Positions 37,475 to 50,762 of a stretch of 64,000 nt of DNA are shown in pieces. The stretch comes from Chrysomallon squamiferum (Eukaryota; Animalia; Mollusca): NCBI GenBank assembly GCA_012295275.1, contig CM022672.1, positions 8,060,001 to 8,124,000 of the forward strand. Direction: 5' to 3'. The notes below the pieces were generated by a model. It was given only the letters and a program-made list of their open reading frames with translations, searched no databases and had not been told where the DNA came from. Both the position numbers and the translations under genes were made by a program. Positions within the stretch are counted from its first letter, which is position 1. Each line of letters starts with the position of its first letter.

Positions 37475-40400
37475 ATGTTTCGTAATCATGATGATCTTAC
37501 TATTATAGACTTGAAGAGGTTCACTGGACATAATGATGAAGTATGTACACATTTTCTTCGAATAAAAGAAGAAGTTATTTTTGAATCTAATTAATAAATT
37601 TAGTTTTTCCCATCATGCTTCTGTATGTAAATTTATATTATGAAGTTTAATGGAATGACTGTAAAAGTAATTAAAATTCCAGTTTAATTTGAGAGTAATT
37701 AATAACAATAAACAGGTTAGAAATTTCACTGGTACGCAAACAGTTATAACATTTGTAAAATTATATTTTTACTGATCATAACTATAAAAATCAACTAATG
37801 AATAATAATAATAATAATAATAATATATGTTAATTATATGCAATTCAGAATCACAATATGTTTCAGATCCAGAGATGCATAATTTATATACTTAGTTCAT
37901 TTGATGTGCACTTCTGTTAGTAAATGCCTTTTATAATAAAGTTTAAATTTCATAATTATTATTATTTAGTTTTTAAATAAAACTATGAAGGCATTTATTT
38001 GTACACAAACATAAACGTGCTCACACACACACACACACACACACATAAAATAGTAATTGATATTTAACATTTATTATTCTTCATAGCTTTATTTTTAAAA
38101 AGCAAAAACAAAACAAAAGCACAAATCCCAAAGCTAATCATAAAACTTTGTTATAAAAGACATTTACAGTTAGGACTGCACATTGATTAAAATTCTTCAG
38201 AGTTTTATGTTTGTATATATTAAGTTAAGATAAAGCATTACTTGATTCCTGTTCTTCAAATAAAAGTGTGGGTTTTTTTTAAATTGATTGTATTTAAGGT
38301 TAACTGTGTGGCATTCTCCATGGACTTTCAAATTGCTATTACTGGGTCTGATGATAACAATGTGAGAATTTTCAATGCACACACAACAGAACTAATCTGT
38401 AGTTTGAAAGGACATTCAGGTAGGATTTTACTTAATCTGTACTTTGAAAGGACACTCAGGTAGGATTCTAACCAATCTAGTCTGAAAGGACATTCAAGTA
38501 GGATTCTGCTCAGTCTATAGTCTGAAAGGACATTCAGGTAGGATTCTACTTAATCTGTAGTCTAAAAGGACATTCGGGTAGGATTCTACTTAATTTGTAG
38601 CCTGAAAGGACATTCAGGTAGGATTCTACTTAATCTGTAGTCTAAAAGGACATTCAGGTAGGATTCTACTCAGTATACACACACTGCACTATTTCTTAGA
38701 CCATCAACCTAATCATGGATAGACCTATCTCTCATTGATGCATGTAAAATAAATATTATCAGTAATAAATTTCTCTAGTTAAAGGTGATAATTTCTTCAC
38801 TGTCAACATGATTCATTTCACTTCTGTATTTGGTTATTCCTTCTCAATTCCTCTGTTTCCTTTCCTGTTTTTGACCCTTAGACAGTACTCAATCTGTTGG
38901 ATAGTCATTTCAATCCCCAGGGTTCAGTATCAACCACTTTTCCATCTCATATATCAGTTTGTCAGCTATTAGAAATGAAAAAAATATATACATGGCTCAT
39001 TTAAGCATATCTGTCTTGGGTATATAATTATTTTCTTATACAGCAGCATAGTAGATTCAATAGTAGAAAACATACAACCACTGAAAAATATAAAATTCAG
39101 ATAAACTGTTTCCTTGCCAGTCCATTTATCCAGTAAGCCTAGGACTGGAATTAACCCTCATTTATGGAGTTTGCAGTTTCCTGAACCAAGACTTAATATG
39201 TATTTAAAATATAACATAAACTGTGAAAAGTAAACAGATAAAAATTAATACCCTTTCTAAAGTCAGGTAAATTGTCTGGTACCTTTTTAAAAATAAGTGT
39301 TCTGCTTTTTTTATTTTTAACTTTTTAATTTCCTAAAACAATTTTGGAAAACATTTTTATTTATTTTTTTATTTTTGGTTGAAATATTATTTAACAGTCA
39401 TGCTCTGTCTTTTTTATAATCAGATTATACCTAATTTATAAATTAGTTACTGTCTTAATATTTTTTTATTTTCTTAATGTTAATAATTTTTACAGGTCCA
39501 GTTAAATGTGTGGCTGTTTCTCCAGATAGCAAGTATTTTGCCAGTGGATCATTTGACAAGTCAGTCAGAATATGGCTGACTAGCAATGCACTGCAGAAAC
39601 ATTTACTTCTAGGTATGTAACAAATCCAAAATTCTGGGATAGAAAGTTTACTATTTACAGGTCACAAGAAGAGTGTTGAGGTTGTGGTGTTTTCTCTGAG
39701 TATTTAAAAAGTTTACTTTTTACAGTTCAGAAGAAGAGTGTTGAGGTTGTGTTGTTTTCTCTGAGTATTTAAAATGTTTACTATTTACAGTTCAGAAGAA
39801 GAGTGTTGAGGTTGTGTTGTTTTCTCTGAGTATTTAAAATGTTTACTATTTACAGTTCACAAGAAGAGTGTTGAGGTTGTGTTGTTTTCTCTGAGTATTT
39901 AAAATGTTTACTATTTACAGGTCACAAGAAGAGTGTTGAGGTTGTGTTGTTTTCTCTGAGTATTTAAAATGTTTACTATTTACAGGTCACAAGAAGAGTT
40001 GAGGTTGTGATGTTTTCTCTGAGTATTTAAGAAGTTTACTATTTACAGGTCACAAGAAGAGTGTTGAGGTTGTGGTGTTTTTTAAAAAGTTTTCTCCTGA
40101 CAATTCTACCCTCTGTTCTGGATCTTGGGATCGATGTGCAATTCTCTGGGGTGTTAAAGTAAGACTGTTTTCACTTATTTCTGTATGTAGCTGAATAACT
40201 AACTAGTTTATTAATTGTATCTAGTATATAATATATAATGTGTGTGTGTGTGTGTGTCTCTGTATGTATGTATGTTTAGTGTGTATTATTTTTTTATTAT
40301 TTTATTTTATTTTTTCCTTGTAGGGAAAAAAAATCACACATACACAGTAAACAAAATGCAAGCTCAGTAATTAATTAGGTTATAAACTAATCTGAGATTC

Positions 40401-41420
40401 TTTTTATTAACTTAACATTTCTTAAATGAACAGGTTTACTCACATTTTATTTAAGATTAGCTTATACTACACATGTTAAATTTAAACTCTAAGTAGAGAA
40501 GAAAACAGCAGGGTTTACAGTGAAACTAATTATTTATTTATTAATGTTAACACTTTTGGCACGTAATTGAAAGGAAAAAAGCGTCTTGGGATGCAAAACT
40601 TCTTTAGATTCGACTGTGAATTATTTATTCAGATTTTTGCAGATTGTCTGGATTAGGGTTAATTAGTTTATTAAAACTTTATTAGTTTTTTTCTCTGTGA
40701 TGTTTGGATTAAGTTGAGATTTCAGTGTGTTAGACGTACTTTTTTAACTTACCTTTTGATTGTTGTTATTTTGTTTAATGTTGTAAATACATGTCAGATT
40801 GAGATTCTGTCAGAGATATCAGCTCTTTTTATGCCTTTACTGACCACCAAAGTGTTAAAATTTTATTTTTCTGTGTATCACGTTGTAACAGAATCTCAGA
40901 TACATCACAATGTATGTCAATCAGTCCAGTATGTTGCTTGTTATCTTCTGTTTCCACCACAGTTAAAATATTTGCTATTAGATGACAATACCCATTTGTT
41001 TTAGCCAAGAGTATCAAATATTAAGTACACAGATGCTAGTATTTTATTAATCAGTTGGTAACATATGATTCTCTGGTTTAAAAAAATATATATTAAAAAA
41101 TAATAATAATAATAATAATCATAATAATAATAATAATAACAATAATAATAATAATGATAATAAATGAAGAAGGAAAATTTGCACTTCATCTATAACAGAA
41201 AAAGCATTTTATAAACTCAGAAATGTGTTTTGTTTTCCAGAATGGCAATCAGTTAAGAATATTCAGTGGACACACCATGGTCATCCAGTCCATTGCCTTC
41301 TCTCAGGATGGGAAACTGCTGGTAAAGTTGAACATTTCTAAACCAGTACAGCAGTGATATTGTCACAGTTAACTCAGTCACTGTGGATTTACTTGGACAT
41401 GTATGCACACTGACAAATGG

Positions 41421-41452
<32 letters not shown>

Positions 41453-43984
41453 CACAAAAACCCATCCACATCCACACACAAATATGCTCACATGCAATCA
41501 CATATACATGCACATTCATACACACATAGAATGAAAAGCCATAGAAAACATTAATCATGTACAACAGGATGCTGTACTGCTTAAGCTGTGCATATTTCTT
41601 AAAACATCTAGTATATAAATTTACATTTCACTGTCTATTTTAATAAGCCATACTATCTAGGCACACTGTCAGTTTTGATTGGAATTTAGAAAACCTGTTT
41701 GTTTTGTTGTCATTTAGTTTTGAATGTGGTGTTTGTTCATTTTTGCCAAGTCATACAAATATTAAATGAATAAATTTGTAAAGAATTGCAAAGTTTCATA
41801 TTTGAAATTATTCTTTTCTGAGTCCTGAAGGAACAATTCCACTTCAGTCACTGATAACATTTGGTATGAGCTGCATCATTCAGTTTAATTCTTTATTAAC
41901 AATAGTAATTTAAAATGTTTTTTTTTTTTTTAAATTTAAATAGTAAATTTGCTTTTAAATTATTAAATTATTAAAATCTAGCATTGTGCTATTATCCATT
42001 GAGTACATCAGAAGCAGTCATGTTGAAAGAAAAACGCTAGACTAAGTAACACATTTCTATAGACTGTTTCATCGGTACCAGACATGTTGAAAGAAAAACA
42101 CTAGACTAAATGACACCTTTCTGTAAACATTGTTTCACCAGGCAACTGGTTCATGGGATTTCACAGTACGTGTGTGGACACTGGATACAACTAAACGCAG
42201 GACAATCAAGGTTTTGAAAGGCCACAGAGGAAACGTGCATGCTGTTGCTTTCTCTAAAGATGGAATATTGGTAATTCTTTACCTTTTCAGCAGCAATATT
42301 CTGTGTGTGTGTGTGTGTGTGTGTGTGTTTGTGTGTCTATGCACTTGATTTATGTATTCTAACTTTATGGACTTGTTTTTTCTCTATGCTTATGTTGACA
42401 AAAAATGTTTTAATTTACTGGTTTATGTAATTTAATCCATAACAAATATCGACCTTATACTGAAATGAGAATTAGCACAATACGTTTGTTAAAAAATATT
42501 GAATGTATACATTTTATTAGCTTGAATTACAGATACCGATTCTGTTTAGCATAGTAAACCTGAGTTCAATTAATGCAATGAAAACAAATTTCGTACATGA
42601 CAATGTTTACTAAATTTCTTGATAATTTTTAAAATTATTTTTTATGTTTAATTAAGAGACATCACAGTGAAGAATACTGACTAGATTATCTTCTTCAGGT
42701 CAGGTATTACTGTTTCTGTTACTGCTGTTGTAGTGGTGATGGTGATGATGATGATTCTTATTCTTCTTCTTCTTCTTCTTCTTATTATTATTATTATTAT
42801 TATTTGTTACTTAAGGCATCTGGTTCCTGGGACAAGACAGTTCGGATGTGGAATCCATGGACAGGTCACTGTATTCATGTGTGTGATGGACACACAGGCT
42901 GGATCCAGGCCATTGCATTTTCACCTGATGGCACTTACTTGGCCAGTGCATGTGATGACCAGACAGTCCGAATATGGGATGTTGTTGATGGAAAATGTTT
43001 CAAAATTTTGGAAGTATGATCATTTTTTTATACTTTTTAGTGAAATGTGTGGAGTTTTTTAATTAAGTTATTTATTTCCATTTTTTATTTTATTTTATTT
43101 TATTTTATTTTATTTTATTTTATTTTATTTTATTTTATTTTATTTTATTTTATTATATTATATTTTATTTTATTTTTATTTCATTTCATTTTTATGCTAT
43201 GTAGTTGTTCTAAAATTTAGTTCAGGGTAAGACCTACTTAATTATCTGTTTAATAGACCATATCATTATGTTTAAAAATCAGAGGTGAAGAATGAGAAAG
43301 CTAAGTAAGAATATATAATTATATTGTCAGTACACATACATCATATAAACTCACAGGAAATATAATTATAATGAACAAGAATAATTAGGATTGACATAAC
43401 ATATTTGTATGTATGAAATGACATCAAAGAATAAATAGACAGATGTCAATAATTAAAATTAAAAGTAAAACCTGTTTTGTGGAATCAAATTCTTTTTAAC
43501 TTAAGAATTTCTTACATTTATGATGTTATCTTTTTACACAACTTTTAATACATCTCTCATGACACTGTGAACAAATTTTCCACAGACAGATATAATAAAT
43601 TTCAGTTTGTTGAAAAATAAAATATGATAATAAATATTTCACATACACGTAAAATAAATTTCATCTTGTTGAGATATACGATGTCATAAAAAAAATAATT
43701 CATACAGATATAGAATAAATTTCAGTGTGTTCAGATATAAAATGTGATACCAAATATTTGACAAAGACATACAATAAATTCTCATTCTCACATTATACAA
43801 ACAATAAATTTTATTTTGTTCTGATGTAAAAAGTGACAGTTGAATGTACACCTTAACTAAAATTCTGATTTGAATACTGAGTGTTGTTTGTTTTCAGTGT
43901 GAAACAGAGACAGTGCAGCATTGTGCTTTCACACCCTCAGCCTCTCTGGTTGTGTCTGGAGCTGCATTCATGGCTCCTCGATGA
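37475..43984 (+). CDS. WDR38: WD repeat-containing protein 38-like (7-blade WD40), ~302 aa, 8 coding exons
   Basis: Exons 37475-37540, 38299-38419, 39496-39612, 40049-40158, 41241-41321, 42142-42270, 42816-43013, 43898-43984 (909 nt, in phase). Translation (GHNDEVNCVAFS...GHSGPVKCVAVSPD...GHKKSVEVV..SPD..SGSWDR...ATGSWDFTVRVW...ASGSWDKTVRMW...HCAFTP..LVVSGAA) follows vertebrate WDR38 as recalled. Confidence 0.85.
38391..38672 (+). repeat. ~40-bp minisatellite x7 spanning a WDR38 exon end and splice donor
   Basis: Unit ttaatctgtagtctgaaaggacattcag|gtaggattctac. Confidence 0.92.
39644..40092 (+). repeat. ~65-bp minisatellite x7 spanning a WDR38 splice acceptor and exon start
   Basis: Unit gtttactatttacag|gtcacaagaagagtgttgaggttgtggtgttttctctgagtatttaaaa. 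Confidence 0.92.
43572..43830. repeat. Degenerate ~59-bp tandem repeat in the last WDR38 intron
   Basis: aataaatttca..tgtt..gatataaaatgtgata recurs about 4 times. Confidence 0.55.
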
Positions 43985-45789
43985 CTCATCATTCATCTTC
44001 TTGTTCACAGAGTTAACAAGCATCAAGTGTGAACACAGTTTTATTCACAGTCATAGTCAACAGCTGCCTGTCATGCAGAGATATATAATGGATGGTTCTT
44101 TTTTTTTTGAAAGTATTATTATGTGCAGCAATAAAATACAGCATCTTATATTTATTTACGTTTGTATGTATGAGCGGTGAATGTGTTCATTTTGATGTTT
44201 TAAATAACAGTGCTGGTCAGATGGTTTGATATATTTTTTACAAATATATTTGTATTATGTCATTATTGAATTTTAGAATATCTTTTTTTTTTAAAAAGCA
44301 GGTTTTTGTTTATTTATGTTTTTATATTGTTTTAATATAAATAATGTTGCAGTCTTAGACTAAATGCATTATTTTTTTGTTATAAAAAGCAAACTTTTTA
44401 ATGATTGTTTTATACAAAATATTTATAGATATTTGGAAGGGAAAATCAGCAGATTGAATCTCACTTCCATTTTGACAAGTTAGGCAGAAAACTGGTGTGC
44501 TTAGTTCTGTAGTAATTACCTATCTTGTTATTTTTCAAACCTATAGAAATGTGTATGAGAAAATGAGTAAGATAAGATATAAATGGATATGTAGTGAAAC
44601 CAACTGGCTAGATACATTATTTTGATTGTTCACTCAGCGTGTGTGTTTTGGGGGAATTGTATAATTATTTAATGTTCGGAAATGATTAATTTGCTGATTT
44701 CTGGTTTTGTAGAGGCACAGTAAACAAAAGCAGACGTGCTTTTTAAATAATAGGTTATTTTCTATTAATGTTATATTTTGTTATATTCACTTTCTCTTCT
44801 TAGTCTTTTTTTTCTGTTTCTTTTTTTCTTTTTATATTATTTATTTATTCCTCGTTTTTTTGTTTTTTATGTGTGTGTGTGTTCATCGTTTATCATAAAA
44901 TGTTCCTTTTGATTCTTTTTATGATTACTTGTTAAGAAATCTGTTATTAAAAATTGCATCATATCCATCTGATCTCTGTTTTATCTTATAATTTAGAATA
45001 ATAATAATAATGGATAAATGATCTCGTATGAGTAATAAAAACGAAGCTATGTAAAATTGAGTTTTAATCTAAGAGAAATAATCGCGGTTAACAAATAGAA
45101 CTAACACTCAGTTATTATTTCCCTTGGATCAGTGAAACTAATGGAAAACTAGATTTTTAAAAGTTAACAACATTTAGCTTTTAATAACAAAACAAATGAT
45201 ATGTTTCTGATCTGTTTTTTATGCCTTCATTTTCTTATCGTGGATGAAATTAAAATTTTACGTGACGGTAACTGTATCAGACATTTTTCATTTTGTATTA
45301 AGTATGTCGAGACTCAAAGTAAACAAAAATGAAGAGAAAACCCGCAGACGGTGAGAGTGATAGAGAGAATCGGAGACAGATAGAGTTAGATAAACAGAGA
45401 TATAGAGAGACAACGTGTATTTCTACACCTCTGTATATTTATATGTATATAGATATGTATGTATGTGTATATTTGACGGCAATTCCATGGCTCAAGGGAC
45501 AAAAGTAAAATCTTTTTTTTTTTTCAGTATGTCATTATGCAAAGGGTGAAAATCTATTCACAAAACCTAACTTACAGAAAATTAAAATAAAAATAAAAAT
45601 AAAATAAATTCTGTGAATCTGACGAAGACACGTCAGAGAATGTGAGTATACAAGGCTTCCCAAAAATAGGAGTATTAAGCATATCAAATCACTGATACTA
45701 AACTGGCTTTGACACTTCATTTCTTGTTATAAAGTCCATACAATTAGTTTAAAGAATAAGGAAGATTAAAATAATTATTCGAAACAGCT

Positions 45790-48700
45790 AACAAAATAGG
45801 TGCCAGTCAAAGGTAACGTCCGTCACGAAAAAATTTAAATTGTTTATGTGAGAAGAAAATCTGCAGCTATGTAACCTTATTCTTTCTAATTCTCTTAGTA
45901 ATAGCCAAGGCAAAGATAAAAATATATCAGACAGTCTTCAAATTCTGATATCTGTATCTGAGAGAGAAAAGAATACTGCAACATCCGTCACGTGAAAAGT
46001 AAATGCAGTAACATCATTACATTTATATAAATCAAGGAAAGTTTTTACAGCTGCAATCTTTTTTAATAAAATGTGGTTGCACCAAATACCATGATGTCGG
46101 CTGCAGTTCATCATTATTTCCTCCTTTTTTATTTCCTGAGTTTGTTTCAAAGAAAAACACACCTCAATTTCATCAGGCAACATTCTCAAAAATAATAAAG
46201 GTATGTTTCCAAATTTTCATGCTATTCTGAAAAGCATTATTTCCAGACACTATCATATATTTTATATTAAAATGACAGTTAATAAGAAAAATAATAATTT
46301 AAAAGAGCACATGCAGGACTGATAGAGTTACCTAATCTAGTTTATGCTTCGCTTCGGTAACTAAGGTGATTCAGAAACTTTTGATTTAACAGTTTAGGAA
46401 ACAATAACGTTTGATGTACCAGTGTTAGTTTTATTATTGTTTCTTATAACAGCAGGTTCACTTTTGTTGATTTTGTGTCTCTTACAGGATGATTTTTTTC
46501 TGCACGCAGCGCGACAGGCCAGACGAAGAAACAAAATAAAGGAAGCCAATAGGAATTTTGCAGAACGAAAAAGACTTAGTAAAGTGAAAAGTAAAGAATT
46601 AGAGAGGAATCCATCCAAAAGAAGATTGCAGAAGAAAGAAGAAAGCAGACAAGGGAGCATGCTGCAGAGCACTGGGCTTCCGTGAAGAGCGAGGTAAGAG
46701 CAGAGACAACAGAGGCTGAATACCTCGTGAAGAGCGAGGGTAAGAGCAGAGACAACAAAGGCTGAATACCGCGTGAAGAGCGAGGGTAAGAGCAGAGACA
46801 ACAAGGGCTGAATACCTCGTGAAGAGCGAGGTAAGAGCAGAGACAACAGAGGCTGAATACCTCGTGAAGAACGAGGGTAAGAGCAGAGACAACAAAGGCT
46901 GAATACCTCGTGAAGAGGGGGAGGGTAAGAGCAGAGACAACAAAGGCTGAATACCTCGTGAAGAGCGAGGGTAAGAGCAGAGACAACAGAGGCTGAATAC
47001 CTCGTGAAGAGGGAGGGTAAGAGCAGAGACAACAAAGGCTGAATACCTCGTGAAGAGAGAGGGTAAGAGCAGAGACAACACAGGCTGAATACCTCGTGAA
47101 GAGCGAGGGTAAGAGCAGAGACAACAGAGGCTGAATACCTCGTGAAGAGCGAGGGTAAGAGCAGAGACAACAGAGGCTGAATACCCCGTGAAGAGGGAGG
47201 GTAAGAGCAGAGACAACAGAGGCTGAATACCTCGTGAAGAGCGAGGTAAGAGCAGAGACAACAGAGGCTGAATACCTCGTGAAGAGGGAGGTAAGAGCAG
47301 AGACAACAGAGGCTGAATACCTCGTGAAGAGGGAGGGTAAGAGCAGAGACAACAGAGGCTGAATACCTCGTGAAGAGGGAGGGTAAGAGCAGAGACAACA
47401 GAGGCTGAATACCTCGTGAAGAGGGAGGGTAAGAGCAGAGACAACAGAGGCTGAATACCTCGTGAAGAGCGAGGGTAAGAGCAGAGACAACAGAGGCTGA
47501 ATACCTCGTGAAGAGGGAGGGGTAGAGCAGACAACAACAGAGGCTGAATACCTCGTGAAGAGGGAGGTAAGAGCAGAGACAACAAGGGCTGAATACCTCG
47601 TGAAGAGGGAGGCTAAGAGCAGAGACAACAAGGGTTGAATACCTCGTGAAGAGGGAGGTAAGAGCAGAGACAACAAGGGTTGAATACCTCGTGAAGAGGG
47701 AGGTAAGAGCAGAGACAACAGAGGCTGAATACCTTCCAAAGTGTCCAAGTCCCAGATAAAGCAATGATCCGAGCTAGACGAGCACTGGAATCACCACGGG
47801 AAAAAGTTCAGAACGTTAGCCAGTTTTACTCCATAAGATCCAGATCCTCAGCTAAGCACTCGGAAAGACATTAACTCTTTGAACAAAGAAACAACTGCTT
47901 TGGTGCAAACATTTTATGAACAAGATGACAAAAGCTGACAGGCTGAAAAGATAAACTATTTTGCTGTCCTGCTTCTAGAGACTGCTGGTTTAACATGTGC
48001 GAAAACTGCACGGACGGGAAAGTTTTCATGGCCATGTTTGACATGGATGACATAACAAAAGTGATTTGGTATGTCTGGAAGAACGATTCGGATAAGAGAA
48101 TTTCAAAAGTAGTAGAAGAGGGAACAACTGATTATGATAGCATCTGGTAATCACACATATTCGAAAGCATAGGTTAGTTTGATATGCTCCTGGAAATGAT
48201 CCCTAATTCAGTCAGAACTGTATCGATTTGATAAGCGCTTCATAGCATTGCTATGATTTCGCTACAGGAAAAGCATAACAAAAACATTCAATGGAATTTC
48301 TTTGCCACTTCTCATGGCAAGTGACTGCTGGTTTAACTCATGCCATATTGATGGTATCGGTGACGCTGTATAACGGTACGTCTGGATTGCACAGACACAA
48401 AAGAAAACAATAGTGTCGACGCAGGAATGTTGAGTAGGCTAGAGGCATGACAGAGGTCAGTGTAACTGAAATGAATACCACCAGTATAGGTCCTCAAATT
48501 GAAATAGGTGTTTGCTGTTGACCCATCCATCAAGGACATTGCTCGGTTCTGCTACCCCGCCACTGAGGATGGTCGCTGTGTCCTCTTCATTCAGACGAAT
48601 GATAAATTATAATGACAAGATCCCCCGTTGTGATTAATTATGCTTTTGATACAAAACCATGTCATCATCTTAATCGTGCATTTAAATGAATTTATCATCA

Positions 48701-49135
48701 CAGCAGTGAACTAGGTACTGCTTAATATGGACAAATAACTTAACGTTATGCTAGCGGACAAAAATAACGCCCGTCACGGTAACGTCCGTCACGAATAATT
48801 ATGTAATTACGTGGGTTTTTCTTTTTTCAGTTATAGCCTTTTACGTTCTCTCTAATGAAAAGAATTTATTTGAAGAGTTTACAGATTTCAGATAATTTTG
48901 GAATGAAGTTAGTTGGTTTTCACCCGTATCCGTTTGATGTAACATCCGTCACGTTCACGTTTCTCGTTACAGATCAAGCCATAGAAATCCGTGGTCTCTT
49001 TTCTTTATAACACAAAATAGATGTGGACACATGGAAGACTGTTACTCAGGGCTAAGTTCCTGGTAGTACGATTATAGCAATCAGGGCTTGTTGGAATGAC
49101 TTCCAACCCCTCTGAATGTAACGTCCGTCACACAA
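45790..49135 (+). mobile_element. Decayed Sola2-like DNA transposon (disrupted transposase)
   Basis: Basic N-terminus (46487-46680), FQSVQVPDKAMIRARRALESPREK (~47735-47810), CCPASRDCWFNMCENC (~47962-48010), WNFFATSHGK (48292-48321); many stops and frameshifts; flanking repeated motif GTAACGTCCGTCAC. Confidence 0.7.
46681..47733 (+). repeat. 45/46-bp minisatellite, ~23 copies, inside the transposase remnant
   Basis: Unit cgtgaagag(c/g)gagg(g)taagagcagagacaacagaggctgaatacct. Confidence 0.95.
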
Positions 49136-49175
49136 ACACACACATATAAAGAGAGAGAGAAACTGAGAAATAGAT

Positions 49176-49306
<131 letters not shown>

Positions 49307-50724
49307 GAGATAAGGCCATAGAAATATCTGAATGCCATTAACACTTGGAACTTTATTTCGTTTCTTTACTCTAAAGTTCACTTATTGAGTTTTGAATTTC
49401 AAGTGAAATTAAAACTGCTACTGATGTAATAATTTAATCAGTAGTTTCATTAAAACGGGAGAGAGCTCTGTTTGAACACTTCAGAGTCTGTGTGCCCGTA
49501 CGGTGGAGAGAAAAGTAAATAACACAGAAACAGTTTCAATCATTCGTCTTGACAGGTCCGCAATTGATCCGTCAGTTATTTCCGAAGTTATGTCCCGACT
49601 CGAAATTAAGCAACAATTACACAACTAAGAAACTCTGTGAACGTTACGCGTGGCGTCGTTACAATTGGCTTTTTGAGACAAATACAAACATGGCGAATAT
49701 TGCCGATTTTCGTGGGAAGCAGTCGTTGAGATGTAGAAAAATACACACCAGAAGACACGTTAATCTTATGGTCATCTTACGTCGCAATCGATGGCGAAAA
49801 GCCTTGCATTGATAACTCTTTACCAGATTAGAAGAAAATTTATTGAGACTTAACTCAAAGTTGGCCGTTGTGAATGGTGCTTGTCGAACTCTCGAAAGAA
49901 AATCACTGCTTGAATTTACCGAGCAATCAGCAGAGTTTGCACAGAAAATATCTCCCTTGAGGCGACCTCAGCCATTCACGTCTAGATGAAACCTATTAAA
50001 ACGTGCGTCCCATTTAAAACCATTTCATAAACAGCTGCTCTCCAAGTCTTTCAACGAGATTAGATCATAAAGACGCCGCTGTTGCTGCTGCCCTCGAGAC
50101 GTGCAAGCCGAGAGGCTGTTGTGTGCGTCTATTGTGAAACAAATAGGCTGCAGTGTTGTTACGTCGTTCTTCATAATTAACAGCCGTTGTGAGGTTTACA
50201 CAATGTAAAACATCTAAACATAAAAAAACCACAGCCGTGGAGGAAGAAGTCAGGGACGTGAGGGTGGGGAGAGAGAAGTTGAAGTGAGCGTGATTGCTTG
50301 AGGACAACATTTTAAATTTAACCTGTTTTTTTATATTGGTACATTAATTCTGAAAGATTATATACCAATAATATAATACTAACCTGACAATCGAATTTAC
50401 AATATAAAGATGTAGATTATTCAAAGCCTATTTATTAATGATTATGGGTAAATGCCGGTGATAATCCTCTGAACACTTTTTTTTTTTTAAACTGCTTTCA
50501 GTAATCAAAGATTATTTCTCAAGACTTCTGTATTTTTCTCTTCACAGAAGTATGACTGGATTAAACATCTGTCGATGAAAAGTTCCCTTTCTTCAGTCTT
50601 GTCCTTGATGTTAATACCAACTTCTTTTATTTGAGATACCGTTACCGGTAAATGATTAATAAACATCATTAGTGAATAAAACAGATAAAGACGATTTTCA
50701 GAAAAACAACTCGATAAACGTGAG

Positions 50725-50762
<38 letters not shown>

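Noticed and set aside
46681-47733. CRISPR-like appearance of regular repeats (also 38391-38672, 39644-40092, 63079-63345)
   Set aside because: Head-to-tail units without unique spacers, eukaryotic context, no cas genes.
46394-47764. Three long minus-strand ORFs (456, 390, 328 aa)
   Set aside because: They are translations of a stop-free minisatellite strand; the recognisable transposase motifs are on the plus strand.
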